A stretch of 64,000 bases of DNA from Octopus bimaculoides (lineage: Eukaryota). Location of the stretch: NCBI RefSeq assembly GCF_001194135.2, contig NC_068981.1:188780987-188844986 (forward strand), written 5' to 3'. Numbering within the stretch: the first letter of the stretch is position 1; each line of letters opens with the position of its first letter. The position numbers and the translations under genes are program-made. The notes below the pieces were generated by a model. That model saw only the letters and a list, made by a program, of their open reading frames with translations. It was not told the DNA's origin and made no database searches. Below, piece by piece: positions 37,801-52,200 of this stretch.

Positions 37801-39019
37801 NNNNNNNNNNNNNNNNNNNNNNNNNNNNNNNNNNNNNNNNNNNNNNNNNNNNNNNNNNNNNNNNNNNNNNNNNNNNNNNNNNNNNNNNNNNNNNNNNNNN
37901 NNNNNNNNNNNNNNNNNNNNNNNNNNNNNNNNNNNNNNNNNNNNNNNNNNNNNNNNNNNNNNNNNNNNNNNNNNNNNNNNNNNNNNNNAAATCGACCCCA
38001 GGACTTATTCTTTGTATGCCTAGTACTTATCCTATCGGTCTCTTTTGCTGAACCACTAAGTTACGGGGATGTAAACACACCAGCATCGGTTGTCAAGCAA
38101 TGTTGGGGGGACAAACACACACACACAAACATATACACACACATACACATATATATATACATATATACGACGGGCTTCTTTCAGTTTCCATCTACCAAAT
38201 CCACTCACAAGGCTTTGGTCGGCCCAAGGTGCCATGCAGTGGGACTGAGCCGAGAACCATGTGGTTCGTAAGCAAGCTACTTACCACACAGCCACTCCTA
38301 CACCTATTTGATCACATTTCACAATGTATCACATACCAAGCAGAAGAAATAAGAAATGCTTTAAGTAATTAATTTTACCATCGTAAATTAGTTACCTAGT
38401 ATTAAAAATAAAATTTTGTTTTTACCGAATGCAAAAACTTTATGAATTATAATTTACTGTTTCTCAATAATTAACAAAAACTGTGACTACATTACTAAAG
38501 AAGCCTGTAGTCTTATGAAATAGTTAATTTGCAGTATTACATAAGTCTTGTGATCTGAAAATGCAGTTATTGGGAATTCAGTTCTTCGTTTTTGTTAGTT
38601 ATGACTTGACAACACACAGACACCTAATCAACACAATACTTATTAGAACTTAAAAAAAAAAAATTACTGCTTTTAAGGTAGTATTTTAACAAATATTTTC
38701 CATCTCTCTGAGGACGATTTAACTCCATTTTTATTTACTTTACACATTTAAAATTTACTGTGCAGAAGTAACCATAGCAAATTGCTGAAATTCAATAGTG
38801 TATTTTTCACATGAAGCTACAAGATGTATAATTAGTAAGAATCCTAGTTTTACATATCTGTTCACCTGTCTATGTATTTATGTACACACATACACACACA
38901 ATATGATTAACAATATATACGTGTTTGTGTATGTATACGTATATATTATATATATATTGTATTACATATATATGTATGTGTATATCTGATATATATTGTA
39001 TTATAAATATTACATTATC

Positions 39020-39415
39020 ATCATCATTTAACGTCCGTTTTCCATGCTGGCATGGGTTGGACAGTTTGACTGAGGTCTGGAGAGCCAGCGACTGCACCAG
39101 GCTCCAGTCTGATCTGGCAATGTTTCTACAGCTGGATGCCTTTCCTAATGCCAACCACTTTGAGAGTGTAGTGGGTGCTTTTTATGTGCCACCGGCATAG
39201 GAGCCAGCCTGGAGGTGCTGGCATCGGCCACGTTCGGATGGTGCATTTTACATGCCACCAGCACAGGAGCCAGTCAGGCAGTCCTGGCATCAATCACGTT
39301 CAGATAATGCCTTTTACACACCACCTGTATGGGAGTCAGTCAGAGGTTATTGGCATCGGCCATGTTCAGATGGTGACTTTTGTGTGCCACTGGCATGGGA
39401 GCCAGTCAGGTGACA
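39020..39415 (-). mobile_element. SINE family C with about four internal tandem units
   Basis: (cat)n tail at 39020, RTE-like tail, then repeated ggagccagtc...ggcatcggccacgttc units. Confidence 0.85.
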
Positions 39416-39522
39416 CTACATATATATACATATCACATATATAAATATACACACACATAGATATATATATATTACATAAAGAAATATACATACATATATA
39501 TTACATATATAAATATACATAC

Positions 39523-39557
<35 letters not shown>

Positions 39558-40266
39558 TACATACATATATAAAGTAAAACAGTACTTTTTACAAACATTT
39601 TATATAGAGGGTTTTTGTTATTTCTCTATCTGTGAAGCAATTTCATTTCATTCATAATTTTTTTTCTTTTACATCATTATGCATCTGAATTAATAAAAGT
39701 TGATTCCATTGGGTTCATCTGAATTATTTCCCTTGGCTTGCTTTTTGGTATTATGCAATTTAAACTTGCTATAACCATTGTTATTCTTTCTACTAGCAAA
39801 AGTCACTGTCTATTGATCAAAGCAGGCTTCAAAAGACTATACTCCACTGGTGAAGGGGAATAATAGCAAAACATGCCTGTCATTGTTATCTTGCACGCTA
39901 ACATTTTTTTAAAGTTAGATTATATCTAAAAGTATTAAAATTCAATTTGCAGTAAGTTTTAATTTCTTCAATTATCTCCTTCTTTCTTTAAGTGTCACTA
40001 ACAATTACCTCCTCTATGTAGAGTTCTGTTTTCTTTGGTACATTAAGAAGTAAATTTCAATTCATTTAAAATTTATGTTATTTGGTGGTTCATCAAATGC
40101 CTGAATTATTTAATTACATGAGAGTGATAGATCCAGCCTACAGTATCCCATACTCAAAGTTTCATGCATCTGTACTTGGTCAATCTTCAGATGATCTAGC
40201 CAGTAGACGAGATACCAATCACCACTAATTTACGCCAGCACCATTACTAGTTTTGTTGACTTCCAG

Positions 40267-40281
40267 TTAGTCTAGCATATA
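40267..40281 (+). CDS. Candidate 15-nt symmetric microexon xSLAYx (phase 1-1)
   Basis: ttttgttgacttccag|TTAGTCTAGCATATA|gtaagt; only phase 1 is stop-free. Confidence 0.35.
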
Positions 40282-42347
40282 GTAAGTTGATCTATGAACT
40301 TGCACTGGTCTAGATGTTTATATTAAGTCTGGCTTGATAGCTTTGTTGAGGTTTGCAAGAAAGAACTTGTTCTTAAGTCAACACTTAGAAATTCACTCTG
40401 ATCTTCATTTTAAAGAACGTTTCCATAGGGTGATTGAAGTATTTTTCAACATTGTAGAGACTACTGTAACTTTTACAAGGGTTGTACTTGCTACTGAATA
40501 TAATATAGACCAGGCGATATATATCATCACACTGTATATTACTGATAATTACTGATCAGTGTATTACCATCAATTCTGCTAGTTAATAATATCATAAGTT
40601 ATGGATAAGTTACTGATAATATATGCATCATTATCATCATTTTAACAGCCATTTTTCTAAGCTGGTATGGGTTGGGCAAGACATTTTAAGACTGGACGCC
40701 TTTCTTGATGACAATCATTTTAATCATGTTACAGGGGTACAGTGCACCTGTTCTAAAACCTGGGAAACATATAATTATAAATATAAATGTCTGTATGTGT
40801 GTGTATCTGATTTTTTCAAAGTACAGCCAAGTTGCTTTCTTCGCTCCATAACATGGAAGCATATTTGATCTATATGGCATTTATGCCATTTGATTAGAAT
40901 AGGTGAACTGAAAGTGCAGAAATTGTTGATTGTTTAAAACTAAAGAAACCTAAAATGCTTCTTATTCAAAGATAATAAATATGGGCTTCCAGCAGCAAAC
41001 TTTTTTATGAAAGTTAATGCAAACCAATTCTAACTCAGAAATGGAGAGAATTTCCAATGTAAGGTGTAGCCTTATAAAAAATGATCTGAGGCAGCATCCT
41101 TCATCTTCAATGAAGAAATATATAATTAGAGCAAAAATATGGAAATAGAGGCAAATACATTGTCTTAAACAGGCCAACTGAAGATCAACATGGGGAAATA
41201 TAGATTAGATCCATGAACAGTCTTTTATTAACTTGACATGTACATAATAGACCTATGCACATGTCAACATATTTTTGAGTATGAAGATCTACAAAGTTTG
41301 TGTCTGACACATACAATGTATAACTGCTAACCCCTGCCATCCACACTTACTGGCTTAGCATGTCAAATAAAATGCTTTACAATATCTGATCTGGCTTTTA
41401 TCATCTTAGTTCAAATCTCACTAAGGTCAGATTTGCTTTTCCTCTTTCCAGGGTTCACAAAAAAATATACTGGGGACAGTTTTATCAACTGGTTAGTCCA
41501 CATTACTCTGTATGTAGCACAAGGCTGATTTTCTTGGTTTCTCCGTCATATATACTCCTCCCTGGATGGGACACCAGTGCCCAGCAGAAGTACTCATTTT
41601 ATCAACTGAGTGAACTGGAGCAATGTGAAATGAAGTGTATTTTACTCAAGAATGCAATGCACTACCTGATCCAGGAATTGAGACCACAATCTTATGATCA
41701 TGAGTCCAACATCCTAACCACTAAAGCCATGCACCTCCACTAATTTAACCTGTTACTCTCAGCATCATTTCTGACTTTGTGCTACTATTTTACTTGTCTC
41801 AGTCATTTGACTGTGGCCATGCTAGAGCATCACCTTTAGTCGAACAAATCAACCCCAGGACTTATTCTTTGTAAGCCTAGTACTTATTCTATCGGTCTCT
41901 TTTGCTGAACTGCTGAGTTACGGGGATGCAAACACACCAACATCGGTTGTCAAGCGATGGTGGTGGGGACAAACACAGACACACACACACACACATGCAC
42001 ATATATATATGATGGGCCTCTTTCAGTTTCTGTCTACCAAATCCACTCACAAGGCTTTGGTTGGCTCAAGGCTATAGCAGAAGACACTTACCCAAGGTGT
42101 CATGCAGTGGGTCAGAACCCAGAACCATGTGGTTGGGAAGCAAGCTTCTTAACACACAGCCACACCTAAGAAATTCATATCAAATTACGGTTAGAATAGA
42201 GATTGATGAATGTGAGAACTTAATCAAACACAATGGAGTCTATACACTGTTTCTTTACTATTTCTTGAGGTCACTCACTTTTACACTTAAAATTGCAAGT
42301 ACTGTGCTTTTTATTTTTTTATTGTGCTCTGTTGAAGCAGTGAAATA

Positions 42348-42599
42348 TTGGGTTGGTGCATAATTATTCCAGCTTTTTTGCAATAAATTTTATTCAACAA
42401 AAACAATAACAGCATTTAACAAAAACATCTTTAAATGAGTATTCTGGGGCATATTCACCATCTGCTTCAATTACTGCTCCCCATTTACTTGGCAGATGGT
42501 CAGAATAATCATTTAAAGATGTTTTTGTTAAATACTGTTATTGTTTTTGTTGAAAAAAGTGTATTGAAAAAAAGCCGCAATAATTATGCACCAACCTAA
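42348..42599. mobile_element. Mariner-derived MITE with long inverted arms
   Basis: TA TSD; TIR tt(g/a)ggttggtgcataattatt(g)cggctttttt of Hsmar1/MADE1 type; arms of about 90 bp; spacer encodes DHLPSKWGAVIEADGEYAPE* on the minus strand, like a mariner transposase C-terminus. Confidence 0.9.
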
Positions 42600-43846
42600 T
42601 AGTTATTTATTTGAGGTAATTTATCTCACTGGAATGATTAATCAATGGCTTCATTTATGTAATCCTAACTTAAAAACCAATGATTTGGTAAAATCCCTTA
42701 TCAAGCATTGCACAGGTTTCAGACATCTTGGATTCATGGCAGCTGAACATATACATATCTGTGTGTATATATATTCTCTAGTTTAAGTTGAATCTATGTA
42801 TTAAGTCTTTTCATCAGCAAATGTTCTGTCATTATTCTTAAGCTTTTTTTTAGAACAGTAATCTTAATTAAATACACATACACACACACACACATAGACA
42901 CATACGTGTCTATGTATGTATGTATATATATGTGCATGTGTGGTCTGGTCTGGTGTGATGTGGTGAATGAGTGTGTGTGTTGCAACATAAAAAGTACCCA
43001 ATTCACTCTGCAAAGTGGCTGGCATCAGAAAGGGCATCCAGCTGTAGAAACCATGCCAAAACAGACAACTGGAGCTTGGTGCAGCTCCCCAGCTTGCCAC
43101 TCTTGTTGACCCATCTAACCCATGCCAGCATAGGAAAGCGGATGTTATATGATGATGATTATGATGCATGATTTTGTTGAAAGCAATTCACAGTTTGTAA
43201 ATTTTTTAAATATAATTTGTAATCATGTTATATGATTAAAGAAAAAAATACCCTCAAGCAAGCTAACTAAATTGATGAAGGCTGCTTGATGTTACACATC
43301 TCTGTTGTAACAATAAAAAAATAGCAACAGAAATTGGGTTAAATCAGTAATTAATGTTTTGATTATGAATTTATTTTGAAAGACATTGACAACACAAAGC
43401 TAATAATTGTAGGTAGAATATAATCTCTGTTAATATTCCTATAAATTCTAAACATTATTTTTTATTTAAAAAATTTTTTTTTTTTTGTTATAGAATATTC
43501 TCTGCAACAAACTTTGTATCTGTGGAGTTTAAACTCATTTGGTTTTGCAAGGTAGACTGAAATGTAAATTAAATCACGCATGCTAGAGACAATTATTATT
43601 AAAAACCTTATTCATAATGTAGGCTAAAATATGTGTATGTATATGTGCATATATATCAATCAAAGTGTGCAGTATTATATATCCATTACAGCTGATCTCA
43701 CTAATCGGTTTTGCACTAGGGGTTCAATGGAGTGTTTAGTAACAGTCCGATTATGTAACCTTGTGCTCTTCAGAAGTAGCCGTTATGGAATGAAATATGG
43801 CATGTACACTTACACACAAACAAACAAGTAACTTAAGAGCTTTTAA

Positions 43847-44063
43847 CACTTTAGCGTTTAAACTGTCCATAACCAGCCCAAATATTCTACTGTTTTATGT
43901 TCAAACTAGCCAGATTTGACCTCTTACACCTACCCTACAATGTAATTCTAAAAATAAACAACCACACCATCGAAATCCCAAAGCAATGAAAAAATTGCAT
44001 GATCAATTCAAAACATCAATGCATAACCATTACATTTGGCAGATTAATCTGAATGTGAAAGGG
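43847..44063. mobile_element. Second TTAA-type MITE family
   Basis: TTAA|cactttagcgttt...gaatgtgaaaggg|TTAA. Confidence 0.6.
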
Positions 44064-44654
44064 TTAAAGTGAGAATGGAAATAGACATTGCTCAAATGAA
44101 TGCATACAGATCTTCAGAAGACCAATTCTTGATAAAAAGCTTACACTGTTTCAGCAGTGAAACTTTTCAATGTTCTTCATAATCACTAGAATCAATTCAG
44201 ATGAACACATGAAGAAATAACTTAAATTTTACTTGGCATGTATAGACAAAGTGAAGAGGAAATAAGGCACGTTTTAGAGATTCTATCTCATTGGTTGAGA
44301 TAATGGCAGATTCCCTGAGGTATGCTGACTGGAACTGGTGTTAATCATAACTCTAGTTGAGCTCCAACTTAGAACACACGCAAGTAATATATATATATTT
44401 TACAGAATACTTTACAACTTAAAATATATTTTTTCTTTTGATAAAATTGAGCCTGGCAGCTAAATTAAACATTGCTGTCAGCCGTATGTTTGGTACTCTT
44501 GTTCTGTATGATCTGATATATCTATATTATCTTTTAAATTATATATATAATGTGAGTTGTTTTATGGCACCAACAGAATCTTCATTCAAGCACACCTAAA
44601 CAGAATAAAGAAATACATTGTTCTATCAAGGAAATTTCTTTACTTTCTTTATAG

Positions 44655-44720
44655 TGGCAAATTCACCTGATAAAACTAAGGATGACTCCTCTATTGGATC
44701 TAAAAATGGTCAAGTGTCAC
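44655..44720 (+). CDS. Best plus-strand exon candidate: 66-nt symmetric exon xANSPDKTKDDSSIGSKNGQVSx (phase 1-1), gene unidentified
   Basis: tttctttactttctttatag acceptor, CAC|gtaagt donor, length a multiple of 3, polar S/K/D-rich peptide, unique AT-rich flanks. Phase 0 is also open. Confidence 0.5.
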
Positions 44721-46346
44721 GTAAGTCATTCTCCAATTCAATATGTGTTTGATCCTCATTTGGCCATTTATGAAATAAGGTCAGTTAGAAGATAACCTGT
44801 GTAGTGGTATTTGTTTTGCTTTTTGTCGTGGTACATCAATGTTGTCATTTAGTTTAACCAAAAAAAAAAAAAAAAGTACCCCTTTTTAAGTTCTCTTCCC
44901 AGCATATGGACACCTTGTAGTTATTGCTTTTTAGATGCTAGGCTTTAAACATATTTTTTGTTTTGTTTTTGTTTGTGAATAGTTTCCAATGTTGATATTA
45001 TATCCCCAAAATAAATATCTGTACTTTTGCCTTTAAAATAAATGTGAGCTTGAAACATTTCTTCTTATTCTTAGAAATTTGTTTTTTTCCTAATTATGCT
45101 GATTATTCACTTTCATTTGCAATTCAATATCAAACGTAATTTTATTAGATATTATCATTAATCTTGAAATATCCAGACCCCTACTATTAAATGACTTCAT
45201 TTAGCCATATTATTTTTCTAATAAACTATTAGCCATTTGATAATGATAACTAGTAACTTGCATAAAAGTATCAAAGAATATACAGAAACATTGCAAAGAA
45301 TTAATATTATTATAAACTTGGGAGCTCATATTTTGTGTCAGTTATTAAATTTATGAAGCAATTAACAATAGTTCAATATCTGTGATTTATATGTATAAAC
45401 CAACAATATAAAGTTATATTTTTTTCTCTCTTTTCATTAATATTTTTCTATAAATTATAAAGCAACAAACTTTATTACTTTAGATGTATTTATTGCATAA
45501 GGGATAGTTTTGTATAATAATAAACTTGCTTTAATGTTTAAAAAGAATGTAAATTTCTTTTTACCCTTCAATTTTATTTTACTATCAGAGAAATATTTTA
45601 TTTACTATCAGAGAAATAAAACTTAAACTGAGAACATAAATCATTAGAAGCTAGATGTGAATTCTTTAAAAATGACCAGTATGAATTAAGCAAAAATGTT
45701 TATTTTCAATGTCCTTGTAATGAAAGAAAATTTTCAGTTTCTAAATTCAATCCCATCATATGAAGCAGTTTACATAAAAAATAAGATTAAAATGCTTTCA
45801 GACTTACTATGTTGAGAGTTTATGACGAGAGGGTTTATGCTAGAACAATTATATCAATATATCAACAAAGCTCTTTATATTAATATCATGTTTCCATTAG
45901 ATATCACATTGTTTTTAAAATTTTAAAGGCATATTTACCATTTAGCCCTATTTTGTCACTAAAAATGAATGTCATAAGGCAATTTTTCTAATTTTTTGCT
46001 CTTAAGTCAATATTGTTATTATCATTTTATTTCACTTTTTAGTCTCTCTTAGTTATGTTATTTGTCTTATAACCATTGCAATTGTAATTGATAAATACTG
46101 TGTACTAAATTATATTTATGTTCATCATTTACATTCATAAACCCAAACATCTACCTTGATTACCTGAATAAGCAGGAGACCATCAAAGCTCAAATGATTC
46201 TTTTCAACACCAACTAAATATCATAGAATCAGCTTTACCTTTTAACCTATCCATCATGATAATGAAAGTCAACTCACATAATCATATAAAAGCTCATAGC
46301 ATTATATGAGATACATGCATGAGTTTTGATATTTAGTGACGAGTAA

Positions 46347-46797
46347 GGCAGTAAGCTGGCAGAAACGTTAGCATGCTGGGCGAAATGCTTAGCAGTGTTT
46401 CGTTTCTCTTTACGTTCTGAATTCAAATTCTATCGAGGTCAACTTTGCCTTTCATCCTTTCGGGGTTGATAAATTAAGTACCAGTTGCATACCTGGAGTC
46501 GATCTAATTGACTGGCCCCCATCTCTCCAAAAATTTCGGGCCTTGTGCCTAGAGTAGAAAAGAATATTTTGGTAACTTCAAGGTGGTGAGCTGGCAGAAA
46601 CGTTAGCATGCCAGGCAAAATGCTTAGCAGTATTTTGTCGGTCTTTATGTTCTGAGTTCAAATTCCATCGAGGTCGACTTTGCCTTTCATTCTTTCGGGA
46701 TCGATAAATTAAGTACCAGTTGAGTACTGGGGTCAATCTAATCGACTGGCTCCCTCCCCCAAAATTTCGGTCCTTGTACCTAGAGTAGAAAAGAATA
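46347..46797 (+). mobile_element. Head-to-tail dimer of family B SINEs
   Basis: Monomers at 46347-46567 and 46580-46797; flanking 15-bp repeat tttagtgacgagtaa / tttagtgaagagtaa. Confidence 0.85.
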
Positions 46798-48992
46798 TTT
46801 AGTGAAGAGTAAACATGAATCATGTGTTCTTGTTTGTGATAAGGTGCATGTATTGGTGTGACAAACAACACCAATTCAATGTTAAACAGCAAGTTTTTAT
46901 AACAGTGTTCATACAAAAGTGGATGTGAATAAATAAAAGGTGTACAAACGTGATTACATCTTATGTGATTAATGCTGAAACAGAAGAGAGTAAGAAATGC
47001 GCCTGCTTCATAATGTGGTAGCAGTAATGACCAAAGGTGAAGTGAGCTAGCAGTTCTTGCTGGCTGTGTTAGTTGACGAGTCAAACTACCCAAAAGCAAG
47101 AGTGGTGAAAAAAGAGAAAGGTCGTCGTCCCTCTAGGATTTTTATACCTCTCTAGTGGAAATGCCATTGCAGTGCAACCTCCCAATGACAGAATGAGGGA
47201 GTAAAACTCTGCTCTGTTCCTTTTAGCCCTTATGGCCCTGCTATAAATATTAACACATCATCAAATGGTTAGTCACTCTTACTTTGCTTAAAGTATATAA
47301 AGAAATAATTTCCCTTATGTCCTAAAGTCCTGACATAAAATATCAGCTTTTGTAATACCCTACATTTGTTGGTGTCATCTTGACAATACCAGAATATTGC
47401 ATATGTCTAGTTAAAAAAAATCTCTTTATTTTCAAAATTTATTCATGTGGCTGTGTGGTAAGAAATATACATCCAGACCTCACGTTTTCATGTTCAGTCC
47501 CATTGTGTGACATTTTGAGTGCCTTGTACAATAGCCTCAGGCCAACCAAAGTCTTGCAAGTGGATTCAGTGGATAGAAACTGAAAGAAGCCCATTGTGTG
47601 TGTGTGTGTGTGTGTGTTTGTTCCCCACCAATGCTTGACAACTAACTTTAGTTTGTCAGCATCTCAGTAACTTAGTGGTTTGGCAAACAAGACTGACAAT
47701 AAGTACAAGGCTTAAAAAAGTAAGTACTGGGGTCAACTCATTTGATCAAAAGGCCTTCAAGGCAGTGCCCCAGTATGGCCACAATCTAATGATTAAAAGA
47801 AAATGAAACTCTTTTGTAAGTCACTGATTGAAATCTAATAAGATAATTAATTTTTTGATATATTTTTGTTATTAACATCATCATTAGAGGTAAAAAAAAA
47901 AAAATGTTTAATATTCACAGCTACATTTTCTAAAGATAAAATTAATAATCTGAAATATAATAATCTTATTAGCTGCCACTTATCTCAGACGTTTAGATGC
48001 TTCCAATCTACTTCCAGAAGTTATTAGCAACTTTATTCAGAACCATCCAGTAATAGTAATGGGAAATTATCCAAAGGCATTTTGGTCTGAAGATATAGAA
48101 GGCACTGACATTAGCTATCAGAAAAGTTCAGACTTCAAGAGGAAGCTTAAAACATTTTTTCTTCATGGATCTGAGAAATACTTTTTATAGCTAAATAAAT
48201 ATTCTTAATATCTTGTTCAGCAGTATAAGCAAACTGTTTCCTATATGGAGCATTTACCAAAGTCTTATAGAATGAATTGGTCAAAACATTTTGTGGGGGA
48301 GTAATGAGGAAAATATTTCACAATTGTAACTTCAGTCCTAACATCTCAAATAGTTCAAAAAACAAGGATGGCTAAATAGGCATTTCAACTTTGTAAACAT
48401 TTCATATAGAGACAGGCATGGCTGTGTGGTAAGAAGTTTGCTTTTCAACCACATGGTTCCGGGTTCAGTCACAATGGACGGCATCTTGGGCAAACTGTCT
48501 TCTACTATAGCCTTGAGCCAACCAAAATCTTGTGAGTGGATTTGGAAGATCGAAAATAAAAGATGCCCATCATGTATCATCATCATCATCATTGTCGTCG
48601 AACATCTGTTTTCCATGCTGGTATGGGTGGAACGGTTTGACTGAGGTCTGGAGAGCCAGCAGTTGCACCAGGCTCCAATCTAATCTGGCAATGTTTCTAA
48701 GGCTGGATGACCTACCTAATGCCAACCACTCCAAGAGTGTAGTGGGTGCTTTTTATGTGTCACTAGCACAGGAGCTAGTCAGGGAGTAAGGCATCAGCCA
48801 CTTTCAGATGGTGCTTTTTACATGCAACCCGCATGGGATATATATATATATATATATGTATGTATATTAAAACTGAAAATGTCTGTGTGTATGTGTGTGT
48901 GTGTGTATCGGTATGTCCTCATTTTGCGCCAAATGGTTTTGTTATACGACACCATGTTTTACAATCCTGGAAATGATAAGGATGATATCCTG

Positions 48993-49256
48993 ATATAAGC
49001 TTAAACTTTATGGCAATCACCATGCAATGACTAAGGAAAATAGTCTAATAACGGGCATATAAGCACTTGACAGAAAAAAGGCTTTCCCATCCACATGCGA
49101 AGGTAACACACTCAGTCATCTTAACAAAGGGATGTGGGTTCGCTTCCCATGCAGATGTGAAAACCTTCTTTTTTCTGTTGAGGGTTTATATGCCCCGTTA
49201 TTAGACTATTTTCCTTAGTCCTTGCATGGTGAATGGCAAAAGCTTTCAGCTTATAT
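48993..49256. mobile_element. Foldback (near-palindromic) MITE
   Basis: Arms of about 120 bp (48993-49111 vs 49133-49256) including a perfect gactaaggaaaatagtctaataacggg block; atataagct...agcttatat termini. Confidence 0.85.
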
Positions 49257-52200
49257 AAAAATACCATTATTATTATTTAGAGGATTGTAAAATACGGCAC
49301 CGTATAACAAAGCCATTCACACCGAAAGCATATATATATTTATATATATATATGCTTATTATAGCCTCAGGCCGACCAAAACCATGTGAGTGGATTTCGG
49401 ACTCGGAAACTGAAAGAAGACTGTCGTATATATGTGTATGTGTGTGCCTGTGTCTTGTGTTTGTACCCCTACCATTACTTGACAACTGATGTTTCTGTGT
49501 TTACATTCCTGTAACTTAGCAGTTTGGTAAAAGACACTGACAGAATGAGTACTAGGCTTACAAAGAATAAATCTTGTGGTTGATTTCTTCGACCAACAGC
49601 GGTGCTCCAGCATGACCTGTCTATTGACTGTAACAAGTAAAAGATAAAAAATATATTTCTTTCACACCTTCATCATCATCATCATCATCATCGTCATCCC
49701 TATCATTATTGTCATTACTGACGATGATGATGATTTGTTTTAAACAACACTTGAAATTCATTACTTGCAGTCAAACTGAGAAGAACTGATCAGTAGACAA
49801 AGATTGCAATTTCTGTTCTTCTCTGAGTAGTCATTATTTCCAAGCAGCTGAGATAACAATTTCTTTCAAAAATAACAACCATATTTTCAAAAATATTTAG
49901 ATCACATAAAGAGGGGGGGAGCCTAATAGAAGATTATATGATTTTTATGCCACATCATAATTCTTTAATATCATTCTGTTTGTCATATTGTTTGTGTGTT
50001 TGAGTATCACAGACTAAACAGCTTTGACTACAGAATGTAAATAAAGGCAAAATCACAATCTTTAACATAAGTACAGACATAGCTGTGTGGTTAAGAAACT
50101 TACATTGCAACCATGTACTTTCCATGGTACTTTGTGGAAAGCTGTCTTATATATTTATATATAAGCTTGACCGCTAAATCCATGAGTTTTTTCATTCTCT
50201 CTTTTTTTATTCTATCTCTAAGTTACAAGGACATAAACACACCACCATCGGTTGTCAAGTGATGTAGGGGGGACAAACACACAAACATATACACACACAT
50301 ACATATATATATATACATATATATGACAGGCTTCTTTCAGTTTCCGTGTACCAAATCCACTCACAAGGCTTTGTTTAGGCCGAGGCTATAGTAGAAGACA
50401 CTTGCCCAAGGTGCCACGCAGTCGGAATGAACCCGGAACCATGTGATTGGTAAGCAAGCTACTTACCACACAGCCACTCCTGCGCCTGTCTAAAAAGAAA
50501 TACGAAAATTTATAAACTAAGGAAGTTCCACAGGTTCTGTTTCTATAAATATAGCTTGAAAGAATTTCTCTCAAAGTCATCAGAGCATAATCTCAAAATA
50601 CAACAAACTATGCTGATACATTGAAACAACTTCATATTGAAATAGCTTACAAGAAACAATTCTTCACTGAAAGAAACAACACATATCAGTGTTTTCTAGA
50701 GTTGTTGTTGTTGTTGTTGTTGTTGTTGCCATTTAGCTCCAGGTCAATCCTGATAGAGCAGGTCCATAGCATTCCAACCAAGATCGTTCTTTTATTTATT
50801 TATTTATTTTTGACATAGTGTATTGAAAATTATATTATCCAAAGTATTCTTTCTCTAATACGGCAAGGTGAGATTTGAAGAAGATTCGGCTACTATTTCT
50901 AGCAGGTCTAGCAAACATTTAGCAGCATCCGTATTGGCTGGAGCATTGTGTAATATAAAAAAACTAGAAGTGAATATGTTAGAAATCATGTTTTTATATA
51001 AAGCTTCACGTTTTCATGAATAAGAAAGCTAGAACAAATTAGAGTTCCAGAACAGGAGAGCAATCGATCTCAGGATTTACAGTATGATGTAATATGGATA
51101 ATATTTTCATCTGAAAATATTGTGTAATACAAGCAAAATCTTTGTTTTCAAGCATTATCATATGTAGTTATCCATGCTGGCAAGGATTAAGCAAATCTGT
51201 CTTACAGCATTTACTTGTCATGATCTTTTGTCATATTTTAGTGCTTTTTATAGATCGTAAAACAGAATTGTTCCTAATTTAAATTGAGTTATATAAACTA
51301 TTTGTTGCATTACAGAAAATTTGAATCATTTGATCAGTTGAAAAAAATATGTCTGAAATACTAGAATCTGAAAGAAGATGCTTTGAAAAATAAAATTGCT
51401 ATAACTCCAATATGAAGAGAATATGGAATGGTATTTATATAAACTCTAGGAACAGATGCTGGTTAAATGGAATACATTATCATTAACATGCAGCTTCATG
51501 TCTCAAGACTACGTTTACTAATAACCTTACATTTTTCACAAGAAATATTATTATCCAGACACCAGATAGAAATTCTTATCAAAATAATATAAGTTACAGA
51601 ATAATCTTTAGTTTGTAATTGATATTATATGATATCTGCTTTGCTAAATAAATAATGATATAAATGAAAATTTCATGCTATAATAAATTATGTAGCTCAG
51701 ACAATTATGAGAAGAAATCGTATCTGATACCTCTTGTATCTAATAGAGTCAGCTATTCTACCTTGCATCTAATAGAGTCAGTTATTCTATCATTAATTAG
51801 TGGACATAATTATGTAAAAATAATTAACTAAGGGATCATGAAGTGGAGAGGTTACTTTGGTTTTAAACATGAGTATTCTTTTCAGTAGATCAGTGTTTCT
51901 CAACCCTTTTTTCCTAAGGACCTCTTTGATTCTTGTTTTACTTGGACGAACCCTCATAGCCGTTTGACGTGTAAAAATTCATATTTTTACAATTATATTA
52001 GGAAGTGTGTTAAAAAATTGTTAAAATATGTTGTGTATTATAGAAACATAATTTTATTGCACATAAATTTTAACAAGAAACTCTTTATGGATTCTCAAGA
52101 GTCATAAGGACCCTGGTTGATAATAGCAACTCCTTACTATTATTGGAAATAAAACAGTTCTCCATCTCAATGATGGATCATTGGTGTGATGGACTTAATT

